DNA of 60,285 bases from an uncultured candidatus Brocadiaceae bacterium (GTDB lineage Bacteria > Planctomycetota > UBA11346), in contig CAZTGE010000005.1 in the NCBI GenBank assembly GCA_964612995.1, positions 1-60,285 of the forward strand, written 5' to 3'. This document shows, piece by piece, positions 49,047 to 58,670 of the stretch (position 1 is the stretch's first letter; each line of letters starts with the position of its first letter). The notes below the pieces were generated by a model. It worked only from the letters and a program-made list of their open reading frames with translations, was not told where the DNA came from and ran no database searches. The position numbers and the translations under genes are program-made.

Positions 49047-49600
49047 GCACCGCCCTGGGCAGCTGCGTCGGCATCCGTTGACGGCAGCCGTTCGAGTGCG
49101 GTGTCGATACTGTCGACGATGGCATCCTCGAAGGCGACCGGGTCGCGCATCAGGCTCCACACCTCATCGATCTTGTCGAAACCGGCTTCGCGGCCGTCGA
49201 CCTCCCAGCTGATCACCGGCATGCTGGTGGCGGCATCGTAGCGTTTGGCCAGGGCCGGGTCTTCATCGTAGTTGACCTCGCGCCAGACGACCCGGCCATC
49301 GGCCAGGGCTTCGGCGAAACGCTTGTGCACCGTATCGCGCAGAAGTCGCTCGATGGTGTTACAGGTGACGCACCGCATGTTGCCGTGGAGGTAGGTGACG
49401 TAAACCCGCGACGGCCCCGTCGGGGTCTTCGCGCCGGCGGTCTCGACCTGGCTCGCATCGTCGGTGGTGGCATCCGCCACATCCGTGGTCGATGCGGGGG
49501 CGGTCATACGCCCCAGGGCGAAGCCGATGCTGATGACCACGAAGAGCATCAACGGGGTGGCCAAGATCCTCTGCAGGCGGCCGGTATCGGTGTCGCTCAT
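49043..49600 (-). CDS. ArsF-like membrane-anchored thioredoxin-fold protein
   Basis: YLHGNMRCVTC..IE after an N-terminal TM segment. Confidence 0.8.
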   Translation of the reverse strand: MSDTDTGRLQRILATPLMLFVVISIGFALGRMTAPASTTDVADATTDDASQVETAGAKTPTGPSRVYVTYLHGNMRCVTCNTIERLLRDTVHKRFAEALADGRVVWREVNYDEDPALAKRYDAATSMPVISWEVDGREAGFDKIDEVWSLMRDPVAFEDAIVDSIDTALERLPSTDADAAAQGGA

Positions 49601-49722
49601 GATGCTCGCTCCTTCATGGTGATTCCGGTGCAGCAGTACCGGTACTGCGGTGCATGGGATCCCCTGCGATGGTGATTGAGATGTGCGTAGATGGTGATGT
49701 CATTGGACGGAGCCGGCGCGAT

Positions 49723-50109
49723 TCAGCGGCAGCCCAGTAACTCCTTCGCCTTGGCAACGACGACATCGACGTCCGCTTGCGTCGCACGGTTGCCCTTCGG
49801 CAGCTTCGCGATCCCCAGGTCGGTGACGCGGAGGTACCGGTAACCCTCGATGCCGGCGTTGTCGAAGCACTTCTTGGCGCAGTCCATCGGGCAGCCGTCG
49901 ATGACCAGATTCACGTCGGCGTCCTTGGCGGTCTGGACCATGCCCTGGATACCGGCGCCGATGCCGGCCAGACAGAACATGCCGCCACAGCCCTCGGCGG
50001 CGAGCTGGCGCGCGGCCAGGTCGGAGGCCTCGGCGACGTTGGCGCCGCCGGAGCAGGCGTAGATGAGGACGGTCTTGCCGTCGTTGGCGGAGCAGGAGCA
50101 CTCGGTCAT
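49723..50109 (-). CDS. DGC-domain putative zinc-binding protein
   Basis: YACSGGANV, MFCLAG, IDGCPMDCA. Confidence 0.88.
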   Translation of the reverse strand: MTECSCSANDGKTVLIYACSGGANVAEASDLAARQLAAEGCGGMFCLAGIGAGIQGMVQTAKDADVNLVIDGCPMDCAKKCFDNAGIEGYRYLRVTDLGIAKLPKGNRATQADVDVVVAKAKELLGCR

Positions 50110-50214
50110 GGGGTTTCCTTTCGTACTGTGGTGGTGGGGCCGGAAAGAGGACTGGGGTCGGAAAGAGGACGGTATGAGCTGCCGGCCTGGCGCCGGACGG
50201 CCGTTGCCTGCGAG

Positions 50215-50577
50215 TCAGCCTTCGCGCGATCGCCCCGAGTCGTCACGGGCATCGAGCTTGGCGGCGATGGCATCGAACTCCTCCTTCGTGATCTCCCCGC
50301 GGGCAAGGCGCTCCCGGAGGATCTGCATGGGGTCCGTGGTCTTTGGCGATCGGCCGCAGCACGATCCATCCCGATGGCGACGCACGACGTTGAACGCGAT
50401 CGTGGCCACGATCACGAAGACGACGAGCATCATGACCAGGCACAGCGGGAACATCCACCACGGCCACCCCGCCATCGGCCAGGGGTGGGGCCGGGCCGCG
50501 GGTGCATCGTGAGCGAATGCAGTTGTGACGCCGAGAGCCAGCAGTGCGGTCGCCCGGAGAGGCCTGGCCGAGAGCAT
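50215..50577 (-). CDS. SHOCT-domain membrane protein
   Basis: TM segment plus PMQILRERLARGEITKEEF; start uncertain (50577 or 50655). Confidence 0.75.
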   Translation of the reverse strand: MLSARPLRATALLALGVTTAFAHDAPAARPHPWPMAGWPWWMFPLCLVMMLVVFVIVATIAFNVVRRHRDGSCCGRSPKTTDPMQILRERLARGEITKEEFDAIAAKLDARDDSGRSREG

Positions 50578-50651
50578 TGCCGTCGATCGGGACGATCGCG
50601 GTGCCATCCCGGACCCGGATTCGCGGACATGAAGGAGGGTAGGCGCGTAAT

Positions 50652-51965
50652 TCATCCGGCGATCGCTCCGAAGATGAGCCCTGACACGGTGGCCATGACC
50701 ACGACCAGAGCGACGAAAGTGAAGGTCTTCTTCACCCCGAGAATGCTGTTGATGACCAGCATGTTCGGCAGGCTCAGGGCGGGGCCGGCCAGGAGCAGGG
50801 CCAGGGCGGGGCCCTCGTCCATGCCGGCTCCGCGTAGGCCTTGGAGAATGGGCACCTCGGTCAGGGTGGCGAAATACATGAAGGCGCCGGCGACCGATGC
50901 GAAGAGGTTGGCTCCCAGCCCGTTGCCGCCGACCATCGACGCCACCCACCCGGAGGGGATCAGCCCTTCGTGGTCAGGTCGGCCCAGGAGCAGTCCGGCG
51001 ATGAGCACGCCGCCGAAGAGCAGGGGCATGATCTGCTTGGCGAAGCCCCAGGAATAATCGAACCACGAGCGATTGTCCTCCGATCCGGTAGCGGTGATCA
51101 CCGCCAGCGCGAGCGAGGCGAACGCGAACGGCACCACGGGATGCTGTGGCAGCAGCAGCGCCAGCACGGTGGTCGGCACCAGGGCGGCGAGCGCTTTCCA
51201 CCAGCGCACCTCGAACCAGGCGACCAGCGCGCCGGTCAGAACCAGGCCGAACAGGCCGGTCAAAGGCCATTTCCAGGCGAAGATGAGCGCCCAGATGCCG
51301 GTCGCATCCGCTGGCGGCGGTCCCCAGTTGGCGAACACCAATACCCCGACCATGGCGGCGAAGAAGACGACCTCTTGCCACAGGCTGCGCTTGGGCTCCT
51401 CCTCGGGCATGGCCATGGCGGCGCCGTCCTGGCGCTCGGCTTCTTCTTTGTGGAAGATGACCGCCATCGCCAGACCGATGACGGCGGCGAACACGACCGC
51501 GCCGATGGCCCGGGCCACCCCCAGCTCCCAGCCCAGTACATTGGCAGTCAGCACGATGGCCAGCACGTTGATGGCCGGCCCCGAATACAGGAAGGCGCAG
51601 GCCGGGCCGAGACCGGCACCGCGCTTGTAGATGCCGCCGAAGAGCGGCAACACGGTGCAGGAGCACACCGCCAGAATGGTGCCGGCTGCCGAGGCCACGG
51701 TGTAGGCCACCACGCGATTGGCCTTGGCCCCCAGGTATTTCATCACCGCCGTCTGGCTGACGAAGACCCCGATGGCCCCCGCGATGAAGAAGGCCGGCAC
51801 CAGACACAACAGCACGTGCTCGCGGGCATACCATCTGGCCAGGGCCACCGATTCCTGCACCGCTCCCGCCACCCGCGAATGGTCGAACGGCGTGAAGTAG
51901 AACACCGCGAAGATGCCGACCATCCACGCCAGCTTCTTGCCGTCATCACGCCAGTCGAAGCTCAT
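50652..51965 (-). CDS. arsP: ArsP-family permease
   Basis: VCSCTVLPLF, FLYSGPAIN, YFATLTEVP, GPALSLP. Confidence 0.85.
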   Translation of the reverse strand: MSFDWRDDGKKLAWMVGIFAVFYFTPFDHSRVAGAVQESVALARWYAREHVLLCLVPAFFIAGAIGVFVSQTAVMKYLGAKANRVVAYTVASAAGTILAVCSCTVLPLFGGIYKRGAGLGPACAFLYSGPAINVLAIVLTANVLGWELGVARAIGAVVFAAVIGLAMAVIFHKEEAERQDGAAMAMPEEEPKRSLWQEVVFFAAMVGVLVFANWGPPPADATGIWALIFAWKWPLTGLFGLVLTGALVAWFEVRWWKALAALVPTTVLALLLPQHPVVPFAFASLALAVITATGSEDNRSWFDYSWGFAKQIMPLLFGGVLIAGLLLGRPDHEGLIPSGWVASMVGGNGLGANLFASVAGAFMYFATLTEVPILQGLRGAGMDEGPALALLLAGPALSLPNMLVINSILGVKKTFTFVALVVVMATVSGLIFGAIAG

Positions 51966-52028
51966 GGAACACTCCTTCTATGTTTGGCCAATCAGGCAAA
52001 GGCCGGGACAAAAAAAGGCGGCGCGGGA

Positions 52029-52349
52029 TCAGCGGCACGACAGCTCTCGCTGCTCGTCGTCGCCGTCGATCACGCTATCGATGCAATTCAGGAAACGTAG
52101 CACGCATGGGGCCCGCAGCCGGTAGAATATTTTGGTCCCCTCGCGCCGGTCGCTGAGCACCCCGGCGTGCTTGAGCTGGGCCAGATGGCGCGACACCGTG
52201 CTGATCTCGCTGCCCACCAGCGCAGTCAGTTCGCAGACGCACAGCGGCCCGTCGGCCAGGGCCTGGACCATCAACAGGCGGCTCGGATGGCCGAGGGCCT
52301 TGAGGATGGCGGCCTGCTGGGTGATGTGGTTCTTCTGGGCGACGTTCAT
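52029..52349 (-). CDS. arsR: ArsR/SmtB family transcriptional repressor
   Basis: [22 protein letters not shown]. Confidence 0.92.
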   Translation of the reverse strand: MNVAQKNHITQQAAILKALGHPSRLLMVQALADGPLCVCELTALVGSEISTVSRHLAQLKHAGVLSDRREGTKIFYRLRAPCVLRFLNCIDSVIDGDDEQRELSCR

Positions 52350-52618
52350 GACAGCGAATATGTCCATTTGCACAAACATGCAAGCGTTGGTCGCGCCTGG
52401 TTCGACATGGACGCCGGGCCGACGCGCAGGAGATGGTCACGGAGGTATGACGGTCGCCACGGCGCCTTCGCGCGCGGCCGGATGGGCTGCCGGCTCGCGC
52501 ACATCACCGGCGTCGTCTCAGGCGACACCATGGGCGATGGCGCAGGCGGAGCCGCAGTCGGGGTTCCACGCCGTAGCCGAGCGTGTCTTCGCGGACGAAC
52601 CGCGGAGGAGGTGATCGC

Positions 52619-53833
52619 TTACGCCGAAGCCTCCGTCTCCTGCGGGAACCACCTCTGGGTCCTGGTGCAGATCTTCACCAACATCAGCATCACCGGCACC
52701 TCGATCAGCACGCCGACCACCGTCGCCAGCGCGGCGCCGGAGGAGAGCCCGAAGAGCATGGTGGCGGTGGCGATGGCGACCTCGAAGTGGTTGGAGGCGC
52801 CGATCATCGCCGATGGAGCCGCATCGCGGTAGGAGAGCTTCAGCGCCCTGGCAGCGCCGTAGCCGAGGGCGAAGATCAAGACCGTCTGGATGAAGAGCGG
52901 CACGGCGATCCACAGGATGGTCAGCGGGTTCGCGAGAATCACCTCGCCTTTGAAGGAGAACAGCAGCACCAGGGTGACCAGCAGGGCGATGATGGTGATG
53001 GGGGTGAGCACGGGCAGGAAGCGGCGCTCGAACCATTCCCGCCCCAGTCTGGCGATGATCGCGCGGCGGGAGAGATAGCCTGCGACCAGGGGCAGGGCCA
53101 CATACACGCCGATGGAGAGCAGCAGGGCCTCCCACGGCACCGGCAATTGGCCGACCCCCAGCAGGAGCCCGCCCAAGAGGCCGTAGAGCACCAGCATGGT
53201 CAGCGAGTTGATGGCGACCATGACCAGGGTGTGGCCGTCGTTGCCGCGGGCGAGAGAACCCCACACCAGCACCATCGCCGTGCACGGAGCGATGCCGAGC
53301 AGGATGCATCCCGCCAGGTAACTGCGCCACAGCGGCACCTGCAGCATCTTCACCCCGTCGTGCACGACCACGGTGCCCGAGCCGTACGATTCGCCCACCG
53401 GCAGATCGAGGCCAAAGGGCATCTTCACCAGATCCATCGCATCCGGCCCGATGAAGCCGTAAAAAAGCGTCCCCAGGAAGAACAGGGCGATGCCGTACAT
53501 GGTGAAGGGCTTGATCAGCCAGTTGATAACCAGGGTCAGCCCCACCGGTTTGAGGCTCTTGCCGGCCTTCACCACCTCGGCGAAATCGATCTTCACCATG
53601 ATCGGGTAGATCATGAAGAAGAGACAGACGGCGATGGGGATGGAGATGACCGGTGCGCCCCCCACCCAGATTGCCATGCCATCCAGGCTCCTGGCGACCC
53701 CCGGCGCCACCGCGCCCAGGGCGATGCCGGCCGCGATGCAGATGGCCACCCACAGGGTCAGATAGCGCTCGAAGAAACCGAGGCCCTTGCCCTCGGTGGC
53801 CTCGTCGACCGGGGTGGGACAGGCGTCGTTCAT
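52619..53833 (-). CDS. acr3: Acr3 family arsenite efflux transporter
   Basis: [46 protein letters not shown]. Confidence 0.95.
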   Translation of the reverse strand: MNDACPTPVDEATEGKGLGFFERYLTLWVAICIAAGIALGAVAPGVARSLDGMAIWVGGAPVISIPIAVCLFFMIYPIMVKIDFAEVVKAGKSLKPVGLTLVINWLIKPFTMYGIALFFLGTLFYGFIGPDAMDLVKMPFGLDLPVGESYGSGTVVVHDGVKMLQVPLWRSYLAGCILLGIAPCTAMVLVWGSLARGNDGHTLVMVAINSLTMLVLYGLLGGLLLGVGQLPVPWEALLLSIGVYVALPLVAGYLSRRAIIARLGREWFERRFLPVLTPITIIALLVTLVLLFSFKGEVILANPLTILWIAVPLFIQTVLIFALGYGAARALKLSYRDAAPSAMIGASNHFEVAIATATMLFGLSSGAALATVVGVLIEVPVMLMLVKICTRTQRWFPQETEASA

Positions 53834-53870
53834 GCTGGTCTCCTTCCAGGAAGCGATGGCTCTCGCACCA

Positions 53871-54245
53871 TCACGGGTCGGCAGGATCGTCCGGTGCCGA
53901 CTCCCCCGGATGACGCAGGTCGGCCAGATAGGCACCCAGCCGAGCGAGCACCAGGGGGTTGACGCAGTAGCAGATCCGCGGTCCGTCGATGGTCCCACGG
54001 ATCACCCCGGCATCCTTGAGGATCTTGAGGTGCTGGCTCACCGTCGACTGCGCACAGCCGACCCGCTCGGCGATGTCACCGCACATGCAGCCCTCCTGCG
54101 CCAGCAGGATCTCGATGATCAGCACCCGGCTCGGATGGCCCAGCGCCTTGGCCCACGCTGCGAACTGCTCGCGGCGCTCGGCCGCGGTCGCGGGGTGCGG
54201 AGGCGGCGCATGGGGCTTGGGTGTGCACGCATTCGTTTCGCTCAT
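53871..54245 (-). CDS. arsR: ArsR/SmtB family transcriptional repressor
   Basis: [29 protein letters not shown]. Confidence 0.92.
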   Translation of the reverse strand: MSETNACTPKPHAPPPHPATAAERREQFAAWAKALGHPSRVLIIEILLAQEGCMCGDIAERVGCAQSTVSQHLKILKDAGVIRGTIDGPRICYCVNPLVLARLGAYLADLRHPGESAPDDPADP

Positions 54246-54282
54246 CGTCGATTGACGATATGGCGGGCGCGGCCCGTGTCAA
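54244..54282 (-). promoter_or_regulatory. sigma-70 promoter with overlapping ArsR-type operator
   Basis: TTGACA-N16-TATCGT (54282-54255); inverted repeat ATCGTC-GATT-GACGAT (54244-54259) overlaps the -10 box and start codon. Confidence 0.65.
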
Positions 54283-54339
54283 CCCGCCGTTCACGAGCAG
54301 GGCGGCCGGCTGGAAACGAAGCTGCCTCCTGAACGCCAA

Positions 54340-54618
54340 CTCCTGCTGCGCCGCGCGAATCGTCTGCGCACGATCCAGGGCAGCGTGACAATCGAGGGCA
54401 ACACCCTGAGCCTGGACCAGGTGACCGCCGTGGTCGAGGGCAAGCGCGTGCTGGGCAGCGCCCGCGAGGTGCAGGAGGTGCGCGGCGCCATGGCGGCCTG
54501 CGAGCGCTTGGGGGAGTGGGATCCGAGCGATCCGGACCATCTGCTCGAGGCGCACGCTGTGCTGACCCCGGCACTGCTGGCCGCGGTCTTCCGCTCCAGG
54601 CTGCGTAACGGTCGTTAG
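54340..54618 (+). pseudogene. Fic family protein remnant
   Basis: LRRANRLRTIQGSVTIEGNTLSLDQVTA...REVQEV...LLEAH; HPFxDGNGR absent apart from a terminal NGR. Confidence 0.75.
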
Positions 54619-54697
54619 GTGCCCATGCCGGGCCGGCATGATTATGACGGCTTCATCCTGGAACCCCCATTTTCAAACATCGGTAGGAGACCCGCCC

Positions 54698-55750
54698 ATG
54701 GCCATCCTCTGCAGCGGCTGCGGTGCCGAACAGCATCTGCCGGCGGTTCCCCGGGGACATGCCGCCCACTGCCATGCCTGCGGCGCGCTGTTCGCCCGCG
54801 CTGGCGTTGCCGGCACGACTGGCGCCGCGCTGGCCGGATCGGTCGGGCTGGTGTTGATCGCGGCTGCGCTGCGCCTGCCCTGGTGGGAGGTCTCCCTGGC
54901 CGGCGGGGGCAGCCTCGCCTGCGGGCTCAACGAGGTCGCGGGCACGGCCCCGGGTCTGGCGGCCCTGCTCCTGCTGGGTCTGAGTGCGCTGCAGCTGCTG
55001 CTGGGCTGCGGCGGTTTGCTCGCCCGGCAGCACCCGGCCGGGGCCGCTGGCCTGCGGGCGGCGGAACTGCTGCGTCCCTGCATGACGACCGGCCTGCTGC
55101 TGCTCGCAGCCCTGTTGCCCGTGCTGCTGTCGTGGAGGGGGACGCTGCCCCTGCGCATCGAAGCCGGCAGCGGCATCTGGGCCCTGGGGGCGCTCGCCGC
55201 CTGTGCCCTGCTGGCCAACCGGGGTCTCGACGAACCCGCAGCGGTTCGAGCGATGGCGGCGGCACGGCCGCGGGGCCCCCGGCATCTGGTCGGTGCCCTG
55301 GCTTGGACCCTGCTGCTGCTGGTCACAGGCTGCGGCGTGCTGCTGTGGTCCACGCCCCTGCTGCTGTCGACCGCAACGATCTCCATGCTCGGTAGCCCCG
55401 CGAGCCCCCTGGCGCTCGCGGTGCCCGCGGGCTGGATGGGTAGGCTGGGGATCGCGGCGCTGGCGGGCCTGCTGGCCGCGCTGGTGGTGCTGGCGACGGT
55501 GCAGACCGTGGCGCTCATCCGGCAACCCGGGCGCCGAGGCCGGAACCGGGGCGGCGGCCTCCTCGTCCGCCTCATCCTCCTACCGCCCTTGCTGGGGCTG
55601 CTGCCGATGGCCGTGACAGGCCATCTCGGTGTCCTGACGAGCGCCCGCCTGCCCATCGTCTGGCCGCTGCTGGGCCTCGGCCTGGCGGCTCTGGCGCTGC
55701 GCGCGCTGCGTGAGCGGTTCCGACCACGGTACACGGAGGCGGCGTCATGA
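54698..55750 (+). CDS. pqiA: PqiA-like inner-membrane protein (divergent)
   Basis: N-terminal CxxC...CxxC, many TM segments, position upstream of pqiB/pqiC. Confidence 0.65.
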   Translation: MAILCSGCGAEQHLPAVPRGHAAHCHACGALFARAGVAGTTGAALAGSVGLVLIAAALRLPWWEVSLAGGGSLACGLNEVAGTAPGLAALLLLGLSALQLLLGCGGLLARQHPAGAAGLRAAELLRPCMTTGLLLLAALLPVLLSWRGTLPLRIEAGSGIWALGALAACALLANRGLDEPAAVRAMAAARPRGPRHLVGALAWTLLLLVTGCGVLLWSTPLLLSTATISMLGSPASPLALAVPAGWMGRLGIAALAGLLAALVVLATVQTVALIRQPGRRGRNRGGGLLVRLILLPPLLGLLPMAVTGHLGVLTSARLPIVWPLLGLGLAALALRALRERFRPRYTEAAS

Positions 55751-57441
55751 GCCAGCCACGACCACAAGAGACGCAAACGACGAACAGCGGCCGGTCCGGC
55801 GGCGAGCCCCAGGCGCGACTGCGACGCACACGCTGGGCCTGGCTCGCCTGGCTGCTGCCCGTGGCTGCGGCGGCGGGAATCGTCTGGCTGGTTTCCCTGC
55901 AGCTGACCGCCAGCGGCAGCCGCGCGGTGATCACCTTTCCCCGCGCCAGCGGCATCGCTCCCGGCAGCGCGGTTACCCACAAGGGGGTGCGGGTCGGCAG
56001 CGTCGAGCGGGTGGAGCTCGACGAGGGCTGGCAGCAGGTGCAGGTCCACATCCGCATGGACGACGACGCCGGCGCTTACCTGCGCACCGGTACCCGCTTC
56101 TGGATCCCCTCCAGCGGCGGCCTTGGCCGAATGCTGCCGGGTTTCCTGGGCGGCACCAGCATCGCCATAATGCCTGGCGATGGCGAGGCGACCGAGCGGT
56201 TCCAGGGCATGCTCGAGTCACCGGCCCGGGACCCGGACGAGCCGGGTCGGAAATTCCTGCTGCATACGCAAGAGCGCGGCTCGCTGCAGATCGACTCGCC
56301 GGTCTTCTGTCGCGGTTTCCGCATCGGGCGGGTGCACGCCCTGGACTTCGAACCGGAACGGCAGCGTGTCCTGGTGGGCGTCTTCATCCAGGAACGCTAT
56401 GCCGGCCACGTGCATAGAAACAGCCGCTTCTGGCAATTGGCGGGGGTGCGTCTGAAGGACGGCGACGGCGGCAAGAGTCTGGAGGTGGCGTCCCCGAGCG
56501 TCATCACCGGCGGCGGCATCGCCATGAAGACCCCGCCGGCATTGGCGGGCCCAGTGGCAGAGGCAGGCACCGAGTTCCGCCTGCACGGCTCGGAGAGCGC
56601 CGCGCAGGCGGTGCCCATCGGGCCGGGCTTCACCTATCAGGCTGTCTTCGACCAGCCGGTGGAAGGTATCGCCCGCGGCGCTGCGGTCTCGGTGCTGGGC
56701 ACCCAAGTGGGCACGATCAGCGACGTGACGCTGCACTTCGACGAAGCCTCCCTGTCCTTCACCACGCAGATAGACCTGCGTCTCGACCCGCGCCGCTTCG
56801 GCATCGACATCGATGAGGCCACGCCTCGGACCGACGTGCAGGAGCGCCTGAACCAGCGCCTGCAGGTGCTGGTGGACGCCGGTCTGCGCGCCAAGCTCAA
56901 CGGCGGCGTTCCTGTTGTTGGCGGTGCCGGCATCGACCTGGTCATGCAGGAAAATCCGGAGCCGGCGCAGCTGGTTCTGGACCGCGAACCGCCTCGTCTG
57001 CCCACCGTCGGCGGCGTCGGCGGCGTAGCCGGCATCCTGGAGACCGTGGACGGCATCGCCACGAGCCTCGACCAGGTACCCTACGCTCAGATCGGCCGCC
57101 ACGTCAACAGCACCGTCGCCGGGGTGGACCGCATCATTAATTCGCAGCGGGTCACGGATATCCTCGCGAACACCGACGCCGCCCTGGCCGACATCGAGGC
57201 GGTGACGCAGACCGCCCGGGAAGAGGTGCGCCCGGCGCTGCGGGAGCTGCGGCACGTGGTGGCGCGGATGCAGTCGGCGGCGGCGAGCATCGACAACCTG
57301 CTCGGCGGCCCGACGCGTCAGAACCAGGACCTGCCGTCGCTGATCGCCGAATTGCAGCAGGCGGCCGCGGCAGTGCGGGCCCTGGCCTCCTTGCTGACCC
57401 GCCATCCCGAATCCCTGATCACCGGTCATGGTGGAGGCTGA
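55747..57441 (+). CDS. pqiB: PqiB-like MCE/MlaD-domain protein
   Basis: WLLP, three MCE-like repeats, TRFW/NSRFW, GLRAKL, C-terminal HPESLITG. Confidence 0.9.
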   Translation: MSQPRPQETQTTNSGRSGGEPQARLRRTRWAWLAWLLPVAAAAGIVWLVSLQLTASGSRAVITFPRASGIAPGSAVTHKGVRVGSVERVELDEGWQQVQVHIRMDDDAGAYLRTGTRFWIPSSGGLGRMLPGFLGGTSIAIMPGDGEATERFQGMLESPARDPDEPGRKFLLHTQERGSLQIDSPVFCRGFRIGRVHALDFEPERQRVLVGVFIQERYAGHVHRNSRFWQLAGVRLKDGDGGKSLEVASPSVITGGGIAMKTPPALAGPVAEAGTEFRLHGSESAAQAVPIGPGFTYQAVFDQPVEGIARGAAVSVLGTQVGTISDVTLHFDEASLSFTTQIDLRLDPRRFGIDIDEATPRTDVQERLNQRLQVLVDAGLRAKLNGGVPVVGGAGIDLVMQENPEPAQLVLDREPPRLPTVGGVGGVAGILETVDGIATSLDQVPYAQIGRHVNSTVAGVDRIINSQRVTDILANTDAALADIEAVTQTAREEVRPALRELRHVVARMQSAAASIDNLLGGPTRQNQDLPSLIAELQQAAAAVRALASLLTRHPESLITGHGGG

Positions 57442-57442
57442 G

Positions 57443-58099
57443 ATGCGTATCGCCGGAATATTCTGCCTGCTGGTCCTCGCCGGCTGCTTCAGCTCGCCTC
57501 GCAGCAGATTCTACAGCCTGACGCCGGCTACCGGACAGGTCGACAGCCACGGCTATGCCGGCCCCGTCCTGGGCCTGGGCAAGGTGGCCCTGCCGGCCGC
57601 ACTCGACCGTCGCGCGCTGATGGTCTACCGCAGCGACACCAGACTGGAGATCCGAGACACCGAACGCTGGGCGGGCCCCCTGGACGTGCTCACGCGCGAC
57701 GCCCTGGCCGTGGCGCTGGCAGCACGCTTGCCGGAGGGCAGTGTTCTGCTGCCGAATCAGGCCCGCCCCGATGGCGATCGGCGCACGCTGACTCTCTCCC
57801 TGCACCGCTTCGCCGCGGGCCCCGACCAGGTCCTCCATCTGGCCGGACGCTGGAGCCTCGTCGAGGGCGCCAACGTGCTCGGCTCCCGCTCCACCGACAT
57901 CGAGGTAGCTCTGCCAGGCCTCGACGGCGCGGCGATCGCCACCGCCATGAGCACCGCCATCGACCGTTTGGCAGCAGCCATCGCCGCGCAGCTCGGCTCC
58001 TTCGACGAGCAGGCCAGCCACTCGCGTGACGATGCCGTCACCACAAGCATCGGGCCTTGCGCTGGCGCCTCGAACGACACGACCACGCATGCCCGATGA
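57443..58099 (+). CDS. pqiC: PqiC-like lipoprotein
   Basis: Lipobox LAGC, FYSL, LP..LDR, RWAGPL. Confidence 0.85.
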   Translation: MRIAGIFCLLVLAGCFSSPRSRFYSLTPATGQVDSHGYAGPVLGLGKVALPAALDRRALMVYRSDTRLEIRDTERWAGPLDVLTRDALAVALAARLPEGSVLLPNQARPDGDRRTLTLSLHRFAAGPDQVLHLAGRWSLVEGANVLGSRSTDIEVALPGLDGAAIATAMSTAIDRLAAAIAAQLGSFDEQASHSRDDAVTTSIGPCAGASNDTTTHAR

Positions 58100-58105
58100 G
58101 TTGGC

Positions 58106-58354
58106 GACATCCGAGGACATGGGACATCCGAGGACAGACTACTGCTGCGCAGTGGCTTGTTGCGCCTTGCTCCGAAAGTAGTCTGTCCTGCCTTGGCCTT
58201 CTGCTCAGAAAGTAGTCTGTCCTGTCTTGGCCTTCTGCTCAGAAAGTAGTCTGTCCTGTCTTGGCCTCGAAAGTAGTCTGTCCTGCCTTGGCCTTCTGCT
58301 CAGAAAGTAGTCTGTCCTGTCTTGGCCTGTCCTGTCTTGGCCTCTGCCTTGGCC
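58106..58354. repeat. REP-like inverted pair plus tandem array of 34-bp units
   Basis: AGGACAGACTACT (58131) inverted to AGTAGTCTGTCCT (58177); GAAAGTAGTCTGTCCTG(C/T)CTTGGCC at 58174, 58208, 58242, 58269 and 58303. Confidence 0.9.
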
Positions 58355-58355
58355 T

Positions 58356-58551
58356 GTCGGCGATCCACTTCACGCCGGGTGGCCTCGCAGACGAGTCTGG
58401 CGAGCGCGCCGACGGTGGTGCCGAGGAAGTGGCGGCGTCCGCGTATGACGCCGAGCCAGGCGTCGACGTCGATCAGGGGTCGTTGGAGGATCGGGGCGAG
58501 GTGGGCTGGGATGTCGCCGCGCTTGCCGCTGGCGATGATCCGGCCAGTCTG
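58356..58551 (-). pseudogene. C-terminal remnant of a RAYT/Y1-like transposase
   Basis: QTGRIIASGKRGDIPAHLAPILQRPLIDVDAWL...F.GT.VG resembles the recalled TGR...KRGAIP...PIL.RL...W tail of this family; frameshifted near the end. Confidence 0.55.
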
Positions 58552-58670
58552 GGGTTCAAATAGGTGATGGGGCCCAATCGCCGCATTACCATGCCAGATC
58601 CGGTGGGGTGGCGTACGGAAGTGCGGCTGGCGCCATTCTCGCCCGATCTGATCTGATAAGGGGGCCCACG

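Noticed and set aside
58174-58354. CRISPR array
   Set aside because: Inter-repeat segments are 2-9 bp and identical rather than unique ~30-bp spacers; no cas genes or leader
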